This document shows positions 58,783 through 58,905 of a DNA stretch of 58,905 bases, piece after piece. Under the pieces are notes generated by a model. The model saw only the letters and a program-made list of their open reading frames with translations, was not told where the DNA came from and ran no database searches. The stretch is taken from contig JBBRDL010000001.1 of the NCBI GenBank assembly GCA_038203965.1, positions 1 through 58,905 of the forward strand. Reading direction: 5' to 3'. This stretch comes from Chitinophagales bacterium. Its GTDB lineage: Bacteria > Bacteroidota > Bacteroidia > Chitinophagales > Saprospiraceae. Made by a program: the position numbers and the translations under genes. Numbering within the stretch: position 1 is the stretch's first letter; each line of letters opens with the position of its first letter.

Positions 58783-58905
58783 ATGTCTATCCTTGACCGA
58801 GCCCCAACCATTTGTATTGGAATGATTGTGTTCCTTGGGTTTGCCGCACCACTTAACGCTCAGATCATACAGGAATACCTGCAGCAGTTTATCGAAGTCA
58901 TATCC
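58783..58905 (+). CDS. partial CDS (5' end only), secreted protein
   Basis: ATG at 58783 gives MSILDRAPTICIGMIVFLGFAAPLNAQIIQEY..., a signal-peptide-like start. Runs off the window. Confidence 0.4.
   Translation, partial: MSILDRAPTICIGMIVFLGFAAPLNAQIIQEYLQQFIEVIS

Overview
About 59 kb of what looks like a Bacteroidota chromosome. Supporting signs are five proteins ending in Por/T9SS C-terminal sorting domains, a TonB-dependent receptor with a CarboxypepD_reg N-terminus, DUF4199, the futalosine menaquinone route, and no Shine-Dalgarno usage. I count roughly 40 credible genes, mostly housekeeping: ftsE-like ATPase, ccmE/ccmF, udk plus an NupC-type transporter, rarA, lysC, acyl-CoA dehydrogenase, cox3-like, tsaC, mqnA plus a radical-SAM Mqn enzyme, TonB receptor, DHOase-like, GT2, HMG-CoA lyase, saccharopine-DH-like and type II glutamine synthetase. 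Accessory content consists of two giant repeat-built T9SS cargo proteins, an ECF sigma / anti-sigma / lipoprotein module, a very AT-rich two-transporter segment that ends in two back-to-back gene fragments, and a lower-GC two-gene hypothetical islet. I found no tRNA, rRNA, CRISPR, transposase, integrase or recognisable defence genes. I did not find a convincing new multi-gene protein system. The most unusual signal is non-coding. First, a family of strand-asymmetric 7-9 nt tandem arrays with a GT(A/G)AG core begins at or next to stop codons in at least seven intergenic regions, alongside other dispersed intergenic repeat motifs. Second, a 550-nt ORF-free segment of 50-57% GC sits between two ~30% GC genes and is a candidate structured RNA. 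All functional calls come from reading the translated ORFs by eye; no searches were run.
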